DNA of 32,409 bases from positions 1 through 32,409 of the forward strand of contig JAJZIZ010000001.1 in NCBI GenBank assembly GCA_021846005.1, read 5' to 3'. The notes beneath the pieces were generated by a model. That model was not told the origin of the DNA, made no database searches, and saw only the letters and a list, made by a program, of their open reading frames with translations. The translations under genes and the position numbers were made by a program. The DNA is from Candidatus Micrarchaeota archaeon (GTDB taxonomy: Archaea; Micrarchaeota; Micrarchaeia; Micrarchaeales; CABMGC01). The first letter of the stretch is position 1. Each line of letters begins with the position of its first letter. Below are positions 1-8,826 of the stretch, in pieces.

Positions 1-174
1 TTTATTGGCTCTTATATGAATTGCACTAATTATCATCAGCAGTTTTCTGGCTGCATCCAACATTGGATTGCATATTACTTCATGCAAAACCTTCTCCTGT
101 CCGCTCCGGCTGACTCCGCTGTCCGGTTTCTTACCTATGTCCTCGATGAATCTGACATTCTTGCTTATAGGCAT
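1..174 (-). CDS. Partial hypothetical protein (5' end, runs off the window)
   Basis: ATG at 174-172 opens 58 stop-free codons to the window edge (MPISKNVRFIEDIGKKPDSG...). AT-rich promoter-like sequence lies at 175-215. No recognisable motif. Confidence 0.4.
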   Translation of the reverse strand, partial: MPISKNVRFIEDIGKKPDSGVSRSGQEKVLHEVICNPMLDAARKLLMIISAIHIRANK

Positions 175-225
175 AATTCTACTTATAATAACTTTTGTTT
201 TATTAAAAGATAAGAGGAGGAGATA

Positions 226-774
226 ATGGAATTGACAAGAGCCTACAAATTCAGAATCTATCCTGATGCCACAAGGCAGGAAGAAATAGATGAAAGGCTA
301 ATCCTCGCACAGCATTTGCACAAACTTACAGACATTCTCGTCAATTCAGGATACATTTCATTAGCAGTGGAAGATCTCCGTATACAAAATATGGTGAAGA
401 ACCACCGCCTCGCACAGTCAATCCAGAACGCTTCATGGAATAGGTTCATCCAATTCCTTTCATACAAGGCTGAATGTGCTGGTATGAAGGTAATGAAGGC
501 AGATGCGAGGAATACATCAAAGGAATGCAGTAATTGTGGCAACATTCAGGAGATGCAGCTCTCGGAAAGAACATACAACTGCCAGAAATGCGGATTGCAG
601 ATGGACAGGGACATAAACGCATCAATAAACATACTCAAAAGAGCTACCCTCGGACAGAGGGAAAGTCACGCTCAGGGAGAGAATCGTCAATACATTCCAA
701 CAGGAAATGCAAACGGACTCGAAGAACTGAGAACCGATAAAACACATCCTTTGCAGGATGCAGTGATTGCATGA
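226..774 (+). pseudogene. tnpB: IS200/IS605-family TnpB with large in-frame internal deletion
   Basis: The N-terminal AYKFRIYP motif is joined after ~29 aa to the C-terminal half: RuvC-II AVEDL, Zn finger CSNC...CQKC and RuvC-III DRDINASINI. The RuvC-I GIDLG motif and most of REC/WED are absent. Only 182 aa. RBS GAGGAGG upstream. Confidence 0.9.
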
Positions 775-817
775 ATGCTGAGGAAGTTCACACTGTTTAC
801 TGGTGGGGGGATGTCAC
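650..817 (+). ncRNA. Putative TnpB omegaRNA (reRNA) scaffold, overlapping the tnpB 3' end and ending at the IS right end
   Basis: Layout typical of archaeal IS605/IS1341 right ends: GGACAGAGGGAAAGTCACGCTCAGGGAGA...GAAGAACTGAGAAC (CTCAG/CTGAG pairing), then GGAAGTTCACACTGTTTACTGGTGGGGGGATGTCAC. The 5' boundary is approximate. Confidence 0.65.
782..817 (+). mobile_element. IS200/IS605 right end (imperfect subterminal hairpin, terminal TCAC)
   Basis: GGAAGTTCACACTGTTTACTGGTGGGGGGATGTCAC resembles the GGAAGCCC...GGGAGGATGTCAC right-end pattern. TCAC is at 814-817. Confidence 0.7.
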
Positions 818-1537
818 TTGATAATAGATACTCATGTACATATAGGTCTTGATAAAGACGGCAGCTCACAGACTATCGATGAACTCAAGGCAAGCATGGC
901 CGGATGCGGCATAGACGCGTCTGTTGTATTTCCTTTTGATGTTGATGGAGACCTTGTCTCTGCAAGCAGGGAACTTCTTAAATACAAATCAAATTCAATA
1001 CTTCCTTTCTTAAGGTTTGATCCAAACGCTATAACTGCAGAGGAGGTCAAAAAACTGCTTGAAAATGATGACTTTGCTGGGGTCAAGCTCCACCCGAGGT
1101 CTCAAAATTTCGACCCGCTTGATAAAAAATTCTACCCTATCTTCCGCGAGATAGAGGATTCCGGGAAGCCTCTCATAATACACACCAGGAAAGAAACGAC
1201 TCCATATTCAGATCCTGACAGGGTTGTATGTCTCGCAGACGATTTCCATGAAATGAATATCATAATAGGACATTTTGCCTTTGTTTCCCAACCTGCAATT
1301 GAAAAAATCCAATCTCACGAGAATCTTTTCCTAGAAACATCAGTGGTATCAAGCAACGTGGTGATAAGGCTGCTAGCCAGGAAGCTCGGAGCCCGCAAAA
1401 TCCTCTTCGGCTCGGATTCTCCCATGTCAGACCAAGAAATAGAACTGCTTAAGATAAAAAAATCCGGATTAGATGAAAAGGAAAAGGAGATGATCCTATC
1501 TGGAAATCTTCTTTCCCTTCTAAATTCAAAAATCTAG
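818..1537 (+). CDS. Amidohydrolase-superfamily metal-dependent hydrolase (amidohydro_2 type)
   Basis: IIDTHVH, GVKLHP, PLIIHT, IIIGH and KILFGSDSP motifs. Start placed at TTG 818 rather than GTG 803, which lies inside the IS end. Confidence 0.9.
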   Translation: MIIDTHVHIGLDKDGSSQTIDELKASMAGCGIDASVVFPFDVDGDLVSASRELLKYKSNSILPFLRFDPNAITAEEVKKLLENDDFAGVKLHPRSQNFDPLDKKFYPIFREIEDSGKPLIIHTRKETTPYSDPDRVVCLADDFHEMNIIIGHFAFVSQPAIEKIQSHENLFLETSVVSSNVVIRLLARKLGARKILFGSDSPMSDQEIELLKIKKSGLDEKEKEMILSGNLLSLLNSKI

Positions 1538-2910
1538 GCGGTTCTGAATATGTGCTCGTGCACAAAGGCCTGAACAAAATCCTCTTCGGGCAAGCTTCTT
1601 GCCTTCAGCTCAGAAAATCTCATTCTTGTCTTAACTGCATGGTTCATTCCTTCTTCCAACGCATGGTGCATAGGCCGCAGGTAACGCGCATCGCTTTTCT
1701 CAAGTCCTCTCGCCGCAATCTTAAGCATATCATAGGATACCTCCTTTATTGGAACAGACCCCATACTGGCATCAAGCCCGTTGGTTATCGCATCTGACCT
1801 CGCCATTTTTATTTCGGAATCAGAATATTTTTCTAAATATTTTCCAGCTTCCCCGTTACTATTCCGGAGTCCAAGCGCAAGAGCATTTATCGCCATCAGC
1901 CATTTCAAAGAAGGTTGGAACGCAGGTGCCCTCAATTCAACGGTTCCATATCCTGTAAGCCGCGCATCAGTCCATACGGTTCCAAGCATTGTCACAAAAT
2001 CTTCAATTCCTGGTTTTATTGCAGAAGGGAGTCCTGTAGCAATATCTATTGTGTTTGCGTGTCCGGCTTCGCAAAGCTGGGAAAAAGACCTATACTCACT
2101 GTCAAAATACATATAATTATCCTGCCTTTTTGCGAAAATAGGCTTGAAACTTGATATTCTGGAATACCATTTCTGAAGCGTGGCAAAACGTTCAGGAACT
2201 CCAACCCTGTCGCCTTCTATGATATTGTTATTGGCCATCGCATCCCAGGCTGTTCCCCTGAACTCCTGATGCCTGTCAATATTACCTTCAAGAATTGTGG
2301 AGTTTGCAGTCAGGGCTATTATTGCCGGAGAAAATCCTATCATAGTGTTTAAGGTTCCTATGGCATTCTCCCTTGAAACATCCAGATGAATCTGCGAAGC
2401 TGCAGTCACTGTCATGTTTATCAGGTCATCACCAAAATAACCTACAAGATAAGAATATCTCTGTTTCGGCATCATATTCTCAAAACTGCGTTTCTGGAAA
2501 GGCTGGATCCCCAGACCTAACACTGCGATTCCTGCCATATCTGCAGCTTCAAGGACCATAGCGAACCTGCGCCTCAGTCTCTCTTCGTTAGCAGGAAGGC
2601 TCGCCTCGGGCTTTAGTCCAAGTTCCATAATTCCTATAGGCATGTCTGTGGTAACCTCTTCCCTAAATCCGCTCTCTGTATTCACCACTGAAGTTAAGTA
2701 ATCGCGGCTCTTCCTGCCATCAACTAAGAGTATCTCTGATACAGGTTTCCAGCCTTTCTCGATTCTTAGTATCGCATCCAACATTGACGATATATTTTCC
2801 AAGGAAGGCTGCCTGCCCGAGTTCTTCATCACCAGCGGCGCTTCTACCTCCTGCCCAGTCTTATCGCCTGGTTTCAGCCTGGCTTCATATTGTTTATATA
2901 TTGTATTCAT
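1534..2910 (-). CDS. Glutamate--cysteine ligase family protein (GCS2/GshA-like carboxylate-amine ligase)
   Basis: MELGLKP, MPKQRY, TAASQIHLD, ALTANS and WTDARL...TVELR motifs. 458 aa. Confidence 0.8.
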   Translation of the reverse strand: MNTIYKQYEARLKPGDKTGQEVEAPLVMKNSGRQPSLENISSMLDAILRIEKGWKPVSEILLVDGRKSRDYLTSVVNTESGFREEVTTDMPIGIMELGLKPEASLPANEERLRRRFAMVLEAADMAGIAVLGLGIQPFQKRSFENMMPKQRYSYLVGYFGDDLINMTVTAASQIHLDVSRENAIGTLNTMIGFSPAIIALTANSTILEGNIDRHQEFRGTAWDAMANNNIIEGDRVGVPERFATLQKWYSRISSFKPIFAKRQDNYMYFDSEYRSFSQLCEAGHANTIDIATGLPSAIKPGIEDFVTMLGTVWTDARLTGYGTVELRAPAFQPSLKWLMAINALALGLRNSNGEAGKYLEKYSDSEIKMARSDAITNGLDASMGSVPIKEVSYDMLKIAARGLEKSDARYLRPMHHALEEGMNHAVKTRMRFSELKARSLPEEDFVQAFVHEHIFRTA

Positions 2911-3283
2911 TTTGTCATCAAATTTCTTATCAAATCAGAAAGGTATGCAATATTTTCGTTTGAACAGCATATGCTGCTAAAGCGTCAAAGCAACGTGCGT
3001 GCCAAAATTAGTGTGCTGGAATCAAATTCCGGAATAAGGAAAATTCTCTCTTTTGCTTTCTTTGTAATGCCAACACCAGATTTTTTTGGTTGTGATTAGA
3101 TATATATGTGTTTTCTGGAGATTTTCCTGTGAACCAGCTTGCTTTGCGTCTACAAAATTTACAAAATAATCCTCAAAGTAGCATATGCCTCGACATTTTC
3201 TCCCTTCCTCGTTATATGTTACTCTCGGAGCCACGAGGATAAATATAAAAAGATATCAGTAGTAGGTTATATTGGTGAATTTG

Positions 3284-3523
3284 ATGGCAGAAAGAATATC
3301 AGATGAGAAAATTTCAAGGGAGGATGGATATCTATACTTCCTTGGAAAGGACGGATACGTCTGGAGAACACCTATGAAGAACAATCCTCGCGGAAGAAAG
3401 AGAAAAGAAGGAAGCGAGAAGATTAAGAGGGAAGAAGGATTCCTCTATTTCATAGACAAGAACGGATACGTCGCAAGAACAAAGATGAACAGAAAGGGAA
3501 GAATGAGGAGAAAGAGGAGATAA
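3284..3523 (+). CDS. Small basic protein made of two tandem ~38-aa repeats, putative nucleic-acid binding
   Basis: GGTGA RBS at 3274-3278, ATG 3284, TATA-like AAATATAAAA at 3241-3250 and T-rich tract downstream. Repeats are EKISREDGYLYFLGKDGYVWRTPM and EKIKREEGFLYFIDKNGYVARTKM, each followed by an R/K tract. Confidence 0.85.
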   Translation: MAERISDEKISREDGYLYFLGKDGYVWRTPMKNNPRGRKRKEGSEKIKREEGFLYFIDKNGYVARTKMNRKGRMRRKRR

Positions 3524-3600
3524 ACTCTCCTTTATTTCTTGGCATTTATTTTATTTAAGCCATCTTCTTCTAATTGACTTTTTTACAGCGCTTATTGAAA

Positions 3601-4323
3601 TCAGAAAGTCTCAACCTTTGGCCAATCCGCCCTTGACAGGTCCCTTCTCTGATAAGAACTCTCAACGAAAACTATCCTGCTGAGGATTGTGAAAATGGTA
3701 TCAAGTATGAGCAGGACTATTATATAAATATAATAATTGGGCGCGCCGGTATTTACTGTGCCTATATATTCAAAAACGAAAAGCGCAATAGCTATGAAAA
3801 TCACAATCACTGCAAATGCCAATCCGGCTCCCGAATTGCGAAGAACCACTATCCCTGAAATGATTCCGCCCGCAACAACGAACAGGTTTATCAGGTTTAT
3901 CTCGGTGCTGAGATTGAGCTGAAGCAGAAATGAATAAATACCGACTCTCTCTGCCTGGCTTATGATACTGTTTACTTGCGGGTATGTATGGTAAAGTATG
4001 AAAAGCGAACTTGCAATAAAAAGAATCGCGGCTATATATGTAAACCTGTTTGGGCCTACTTTGAACCTGCTTTTGGGAATCGGTGCCTTGCCCAGGTCTT
4101 CAAGACAATATTCCTTGCCTTCGTATCTTACCAAGTCCGGATAGCAGAAATACTGGCCGCAATATGCGCATTTCGCATAGGCATCACGCCATGGATGGTT
4201 TGTGCACATCTGCCCCTTTGGCACGTTGCCCTCCTTCGGTTCAGAAACCTCTGGCACAGTAGCATTAGGGATCTGGTATTGTGACTGCTCCCCGCTGTCC
4301 TGCACAACTGACTCGAAGCCCAC
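3601..4323 (-). CDS. Membrane protein with N-terminal B-box-like zinc finger and ~4 TM helices
   Basis: CTNHPWRDAYAKCAYCGQYFCYPD...YCLED followed by four hydrophobic segments. GTG start. Confidence 0.75.
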   Translation of the reverse strand: MGFESVVQDSGEQSQYQIPNATVPEVSEPKEGNVPKGQMCTNHPWRDAYAKCAYCGQYFCYPDLVRYEGKEYCLEDLGKAPIPKSRFKVGPNRFTYIAAILFIASSLFILYHTYPQVNSIISQAERVGIYSFLLQLNLSTEINLINLFVVAGGIISGIVVLRNSGAGLAFAVIVIFIAIALFVFEYIGTVNTGAPNYYIYIIVLLILDTIFTILSRIVFVESSYQRRDLSRADWPKVETF

Positions 4324-4386
4324 TGCCTGCTGCCCCGAAAGAGAATCAGTTTGGTTCAGGGCAGCATCATCAGATATCTAAAGCAC

Positions 4387-4623
4387 CTACTCGAACTTGT
4401 TTGCTGAGTGGCGCTCCGCTTCCCTCGCTTTTCTTTCGAATATGCCTCTATGTTTCGCGCAGCTTATGCAATAGTACACCTTCCTTTTTGTCATGAACCT
4501 TACGTTGCTCATGCTGCTGGGTTCGGTTCCGTATCTTATCATCTTTTCGTAAACTATGCCCTTGCTTCTAGGGACTCTTCTTCCACAGCTGTCGCAGACG
4601 ACTTGTGATTCGCTTCCTCGCAT
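4387..4623 (-). CDS. rps26e: 30S ribosomal protein S26e
   Basis: VVCDSCGRRVPRSK and KVYYCISCAKHRGI are the S26e Zn-ribbon signatures. Confidence 0.92.
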   Translation of the reverse strand: MRGSESQVVCDSCGRRVPRSKGIVYEKMIRYGTEPSSMSNVRFMTKRKVYYCISCAKHRGIFERKAREAERHSANKFE

Positions 4624-4789
4624 AAGAATACCTGCATTACAATGTATACCAAATAATATCCATGATAAGATTATTAGATGCGTAGGTAGTCTTTCTATAT
4701 CGCGTCTTTCTTACGGTCTGTTGGGGTTCAAAGTATCATATTTATTTATTTTGCCATCTCATAGAAGATCAAGAACAAAAGGCCCTCTA

Positions 4790-5362
4790 ATGAAGATACT
4801 TGCGATAAGCAACATAAGCGGCGCTGTAGAGCGGGTAGCTGACATGTTCGAAAATACTAACGCAAGCGTCATGGCAAAAGAGGAGGCCAATGACATCGCA
4901 GGCATAAGGGACAAAATATCTGCCGCTTTTTCCAAGGGAATTTACGATTATGCGGTTGTGGTGGTTGAGGATTACATATCCGCAACTGCAATCCTGAATA
5001 AATCAGATGAGATAACTGCCGCTGTTTTTGATTCTGAAGATGACATGGCATTCCTGAATGGCAGCAAGGTCAATACGCTTATAATAAAAGCCTCAAGAAA
5101 AACCCTGACTTTTCTGGGAATACTTACTAACGTACATGCCTCCTCAGGCAGAAAATCCGAAGCTTCATCAACGGCAAAAGCCGAAAAGCTCGCGGAGAAG
5201 AACACAAATACGCACGAGTGGTTTCCCATACATATGGCTCATGTGCCATCAAAGGAAATCTCCAAGCCCAAGCAGTCAGCCGGTGGGGATGAGCCTCCGA
5301 TGGCGGGAAGAAAAGGCATTATGGGCAAGCTCAAGGACAGCCTCGGCATAATTGACGAATGA
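4790..5362 (+). CDS. Hypothetical protein with degenerate RpiB/LacAB-like domain and low-complexity C-terminal tail
   Basis: YAVVVVEDYISATAILNKSDEITAAVF...VNTLII aligns by eye with the RpiB pattern GILICGTGIGMSIAANKVPGIRAAL...ANVLCL. Start moved to ATG 4790 because the longer ORF overlaps rps26e. Confidence 0.6.
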   Translation: MKILAISNISGAVERVADMFENTNASVMAKEEANDIAGIRDKISAAFSKGIYDYAVVVVEDYISATAILNKSDEITAAVFDSEDDMAFLNGSKVNTLIIKASRKTLTFLGILTNVHASSGRKSEASSTAKAEKLAEKNTNTHEWFPIHMAHVPSKEISKPKQSAGGDEPPMAGRKGIMGKLKDSLGIIDE

Positions 5363-5446
5363 ATCGCCAATTCAGCCCCGAATCCGCATCCCGGCATCCT
5401 AAGGCTCTGTAAAACCCATAAATACTTTGTCATACAATTTTTATGC

Positions 5447-5770
5447 ATGGATCCAGAATGCAGGATAATATCAAAGGAGATACTTCCGGCCGTAAGGGCA
5501 TCAGTCGCACAGACAATGATTTCCGAATATAATTACTGCCAGAGAGAAATAGCAGAGAAGCTCGGCGTCGTCCAGGTATCCGTAAGCAAATACATAAACA
5601 AGAAATACTCGAAGGAAATAAGTGAGATAGTGGGTTATATAAAAGGAAAGAGGCTCGAAGGCAAAGTAATAGAATCCATAGTGAGCGGAAAGCCTACTGC
5701 AGAGATAAGCGAAGAGCTGGACAGCCTGTGCGGCGAGATAGCCGATTCTTCATACTACAAAAAAATTTAA
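5447..5770 (+). CDS. Archaeal HTH transcriptional regulator (COG2522-like)
   Basis: PECRIISKEILPAVRASVA...QREIAEKLGVVQVSVSKY HTH. Ends 10 nt before gdhA. Confidence 0.85.
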   Translation: MDPECRIISKEILPAVRASVAQTMISEYNYCQREIAEKLGVVQVSVSKYINKKYSKEISEIVGYIKGKRLEGKVIESIVSGKPTAEISEELDSLCGEIADSSYYKKI

Positions 5771-5780
5771 TGGTGTCAAA

Positions 5781-7049
5781 ATGCCAGAAGAACTAGATCC
5801 ATTCAAGATAAGCCAGCAGCAGCTCGATTCGGCCGCAGAGGTCATGAATCTTGACAAGACTGCCCACGAGATTCTCAGGGAGCCCATGCGCACAATCTCC
5901 ACAAGCATTCCCGTAAAGATGCGTGACAGCTCAACCGAAGTCTTTCAGGGCTTCAGGGTTCAGTATAATGATGCAAGAGGCCCTGGCAAAGGGGGCATAA
6001 GGTTCCATCCCGGGGAAAACCTCAACACAGTCAAGGCGCTATCCGCATGGATGACCTGGAAATGCTCGCTGGCCAACATACCATTCGGCGGAGCAAAAGG
6101 CGGAGTAATATGCGATACCAAGAAGATGAATGATATTGAACTTGAAAATCTTTCCAGAGGATACATTCGCGCTCTTGGCAGGTTCATAGGTCCAAAGCTC
6201 GACGTCCCGGCTCCTGACGTATACACCAATCCACAAATAATGGCCTGGATGATGGACGAATACAGCAAGCTTGCCGGACATAATGAATTCGGCATGATAA
6301 CTGGAAAGCCCCTCGAGGTCTGGGGCTCCGAAGGCAGATTTGATTCCACTGCAATGGGCGGCATGTATGTGCTCAGGGAGGCGGCGAAGCTCAGGAAGCT
6401 TAAGATAAAAGACGCCAAGATAGCCATACAGGGATTCGGCAATGCTGGAAAATTTGCATTCGAGCTTTCAAAGAAGCTCGGCGCTAAAGTTGTAGCCATA
6501 AGCGATTCAAGCGGCGGAGTTTACTCCGAAAACGGCCTGGACTACGACAAGCTCTCCAAGGCCAAGGAAGAAACCGGCGAGCTGCACGGCTATGACGGCA
6601 AGAAATACGAGCAGGTATCAAACAGCGAGCTTCTTGAGCTTGACGTAGATGTGCTTATACCTGCCGCAATAGAGAACCAGATAACAAAAGGGAATGCCGA
6701 TAAGATAAAGGCAGATATAGTCCTGGAGCTTGCAAACGGCCCTGTGACTCCTGCCGCAGACCAGATCCTATTCGAGAAAGGCGTTCTTGACCTTCCCGAC
6801 TTCCTGGTCAACTCCGGAGGTGTCATTGTCTCGTATTTCGAATGGGTGCAGAATACTCAAAACTATTATTGGACAGAAGAAGAGGTCTACTCGAAGCTCG
6901 ACGGCATCATAACCAAATCATTCAAGGATGTCTTTGCAACACAGGATGCCTACAAATCCCAGAAGAAAAAGATAAGCCCAAGGACGTCGGCATATATCGT
7001 GGCTGTGGACCGTGTCGCAAAGGCGATGAAGACAAGGGGCTGGTATTGA
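5781..7049 (+). CDS. gdhA: Glutamate dehydrogenase (Glu/Leu/Phe/Val family)
   Basis: GPGKGGIRFHP, PFGGAKGG, DVPAPDV, IQGFGNAG, ELANGP and SYFEWVQN motifs. Confidence 0.97.
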   Translation: MPEELDPFKISQQQLDSAAEVMNLDKTAHEILREPMRTISTSIPVKMRDSSTEVFQGFRVQYNDARGPGKGGIRFHPGENLNTVKALSAWMTWKCSLANIPFGGAKGGVICDTKKMNDIELENLSRGYIRALGRFIGPKLDVPAPDVYTNPQIMAWMMDEYSKLAGHNEFGMITGKPLEVWGSEGRFDSTAMGGMYVLREAAKLRKLKIKDAKIAIQGFGNAGKFAFELSKKLGAKVVAISDSSGGVYSENGLDYDKLSKAKEETGELHGYDGKKYEQVSNSELLELDVDVLIPAAIENQITKGNADKIKADIVLELANGPVTPAADQILFEKGVLDLPDFLVNSGGVIVSYFEWVQNTQNYYWTEEEVYSKLDGIITKSFKDVFATQDAYKSQKKKISPRTSAYIVAVDRVAKAMKTRGWY

Positions 7050-7055
7050 CCAGGC

Positions 7056-7115
7056 GCAGAAATCTAATTTCTGCAATCCTGCTGTTTTTTCAGGAGGCAG
7101 CAGGTTACAAACCTG
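7056..7115. terminator. Hairpin cluster between convergent gdhA and top6B
   Basis: GCAGAAAT-cta-ATTTCTGC (7056-7074) and CCTGCTG...CAGCAGG (7078-7104), the latter enclosing a T6 run. Confidence 0.45.
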
Positions 7116-7152
7116 AATCATCCAATATTCGGAGCGAAAGCCGCTGCTAAAT

Positions 7153-8826
7153 TCATTCTTCATCTTTCTCTTCTTTTTCCTGCTTTTCGCTAATTTCCCC
7201 TTCCTGGTTTTCCTCGTCTCTTTCCGAAATGCTGAATCTTTCCTCAACCAGTTTCTTCAGGTTCTTCTCTATCTCCTCCTTCTTCACTCCTGTTATGTCG
7301 CTAAGGTCTCCCGAAAGCTGGCTGACATATCTCATTATTGTCTTGTATCTGGTCTCCCTGAGGTTCTGGTTCCTTATCCCGCTTAGATATCTCTGCAATG
7401 CCCTGGCGCAGTCCTGCACAGCGAGTTTTATCTCGTCAATTATCTCTTCCTCTTGTGACACTGCCTGTTTTCCAACCCCTGAATAAGGAACGTAGACGCT
7501 CGAGACATTTACGAAAACGCTTATCGGCTCCTCGTCGAAATTGGATATTGCATATCTCTTCCAGTCTATGGCCTTCGCCGCGTCGGTTATGGCGCAGTTT
7601 GACGCATCGAAAAGCAGAGGCACCTTATTCGCAAATCTCAATATATTCCCTTCAGCCGCACCCTGCACTCCGTCCTCTGTTGACAGTTCCTCTTTCTGCT
7701 TGGCGGTAAGTTCCTTGCTCTTTCCTGCACTTCCCCCATAAGCTATGCCTGCCTCTACGACAAATGGGATGCCGCCTCTGAAGACTTTGGGTTTCCTTTC
7801 AACTACCTTGACGAACTCGGGATTGAGTATGTTCCTGATTGCAACCTCTATCTGGCTCTCCCCTATCTCTGACATGGAGTCCATTTCCGGCACCATCCAT
7901 TTTATCTCTTTGAATGCTTTCACTAATTTTTCCGCAATGTCCCATGAGAGATCTCGCGGTTCCGAATTGAAATCCACATCCTTGACCAAGTCCCTGAGTT
8001 CATCTATCTTTCCAGAAGTAACTCTCGAAAGGCTTTCCTGCAGGAAGACGCTGAGCTTCCGGCTCTCGCTTCTGTGTGCAAATTCCAGAAGATCATTGGT
8101 TGTAATTCCTAGCGGGTGCGGCTTTATCTCCCTGGCTTTTTTAGGCAACTCATTGGTTGCTCTCAGAAAGACTGACTCACTGCCCTGCGGATCCACCAGT
8201 ACTATTGACATGTGGGGGTTGGATAGCGCAGTCCTTTTTATGTATTCGTAAACACCATGGTCGCTATTCTCATACTTGACGTCTCCGAATTCCCCGTATA
8301 TCTCGGTGCCGATCATGTCGCCTTCTATTTTGTTCTGATTTTCCACAAGAGGCTTGTTCGTCTTTATGTCTATTGTTATGTCGCATTCGTATTTTTCCCT
8401 TGTCGTGCCAGATACCAGGTGCACTGACTTTCCGGTGGTTATCTTGGAATAGAGCGTGCATCCGGCAGCGCCGATACCCTGCTGGCCCCTCTGCTGCTTA
8501 TACCTGTGGAATTTAGTGCCTGCCAGAACAGTGGCGAATGCCTTTCCAGCTATCTTGCTTGGGATTCCAGGCCCATTGTCCGAAACCCTGACTGAGTATT
8601 TGTTCTCTCCAAGCTCCTTTATTTCCACCTTTATGTCTGGAAGTATCTCCGCCTCTTCGCACGCATCAGCAGAATTTGTAAGGTATTCGTGCACAATTGT
8701 AGTAAGGGATCTGACCTTGCCCGAGTATCCAAGCATCTGTGCATTCCTTCTGAAAAACTCCGATATGGAATGCTCCTTGAATTCCTTGAATATCTCATCC
8801 GCATTTTGTTTTGGTCCTGCCATCAT
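7153..8826 (-). CDS. top6B: DNA topoisomerase VI subunit B
   Basis: SISEFFRRN...LGY, HEYLTNSADACE, DNGPGI, RGQQGIG (GHKL ATPase), RFANKVPLL and VPYSGVGKQ motifs. Confidence 0.97.
   Translation of the reverse strand: MMAGPKQNADEIFKEFKEHSISEFFRRNAQMLGYSGKVRSLTTIVHEYLTNSADACEEAEILPDIKVEIKELGENKYSVRVSDNGPGIPSKIAGKAFATVLAGTKFHRYKQQRGQQGIGAAGCTLYSKITTGKSVHLVSGTTREKYECDITIDIKTNKPLVENQNKIEGDMIGTEIYGEFGDVKYENSDHGVYEYIKRTALSNPHMSIVLVDPQGSESVFLRATNELPKKAREIKPHPLGITTNDLLEFAHRSESRKLSVFLQESLSRVTSGKIDELRDLVKDVDFNSEPRDLSWDIAEKLVKAFKEIKWMVPEMDSMSEIGESQIEVAIRNILNPEFVKVVERKPKVFRGGIPFVVEAGIAYGGSAGKSKELTAKQKEELSTEDGVQGAAEGNILRFANKVPLLFDASNCAITDAAKAIDWKRYAISNFDEEPISVFVNVSSVYVPYSGVGKQAVSQEEEIIDEIKLAVQDCARALQRYLSGIRNQNLRETRYKTIMRYVSQLSGDLSDITGVKKEEIEKNLKKLVEERFSISERDEENQEGEISEKQEKEEKDEE

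Noticed and set aside
2911..3240. Short ORFs 2890-3099 and 3022-3234 and the palindrome CAGCATATGCTG
   Set aside because: No recognisable protein features or RBS. A single 12-bp palindrome is not enough to call a site.
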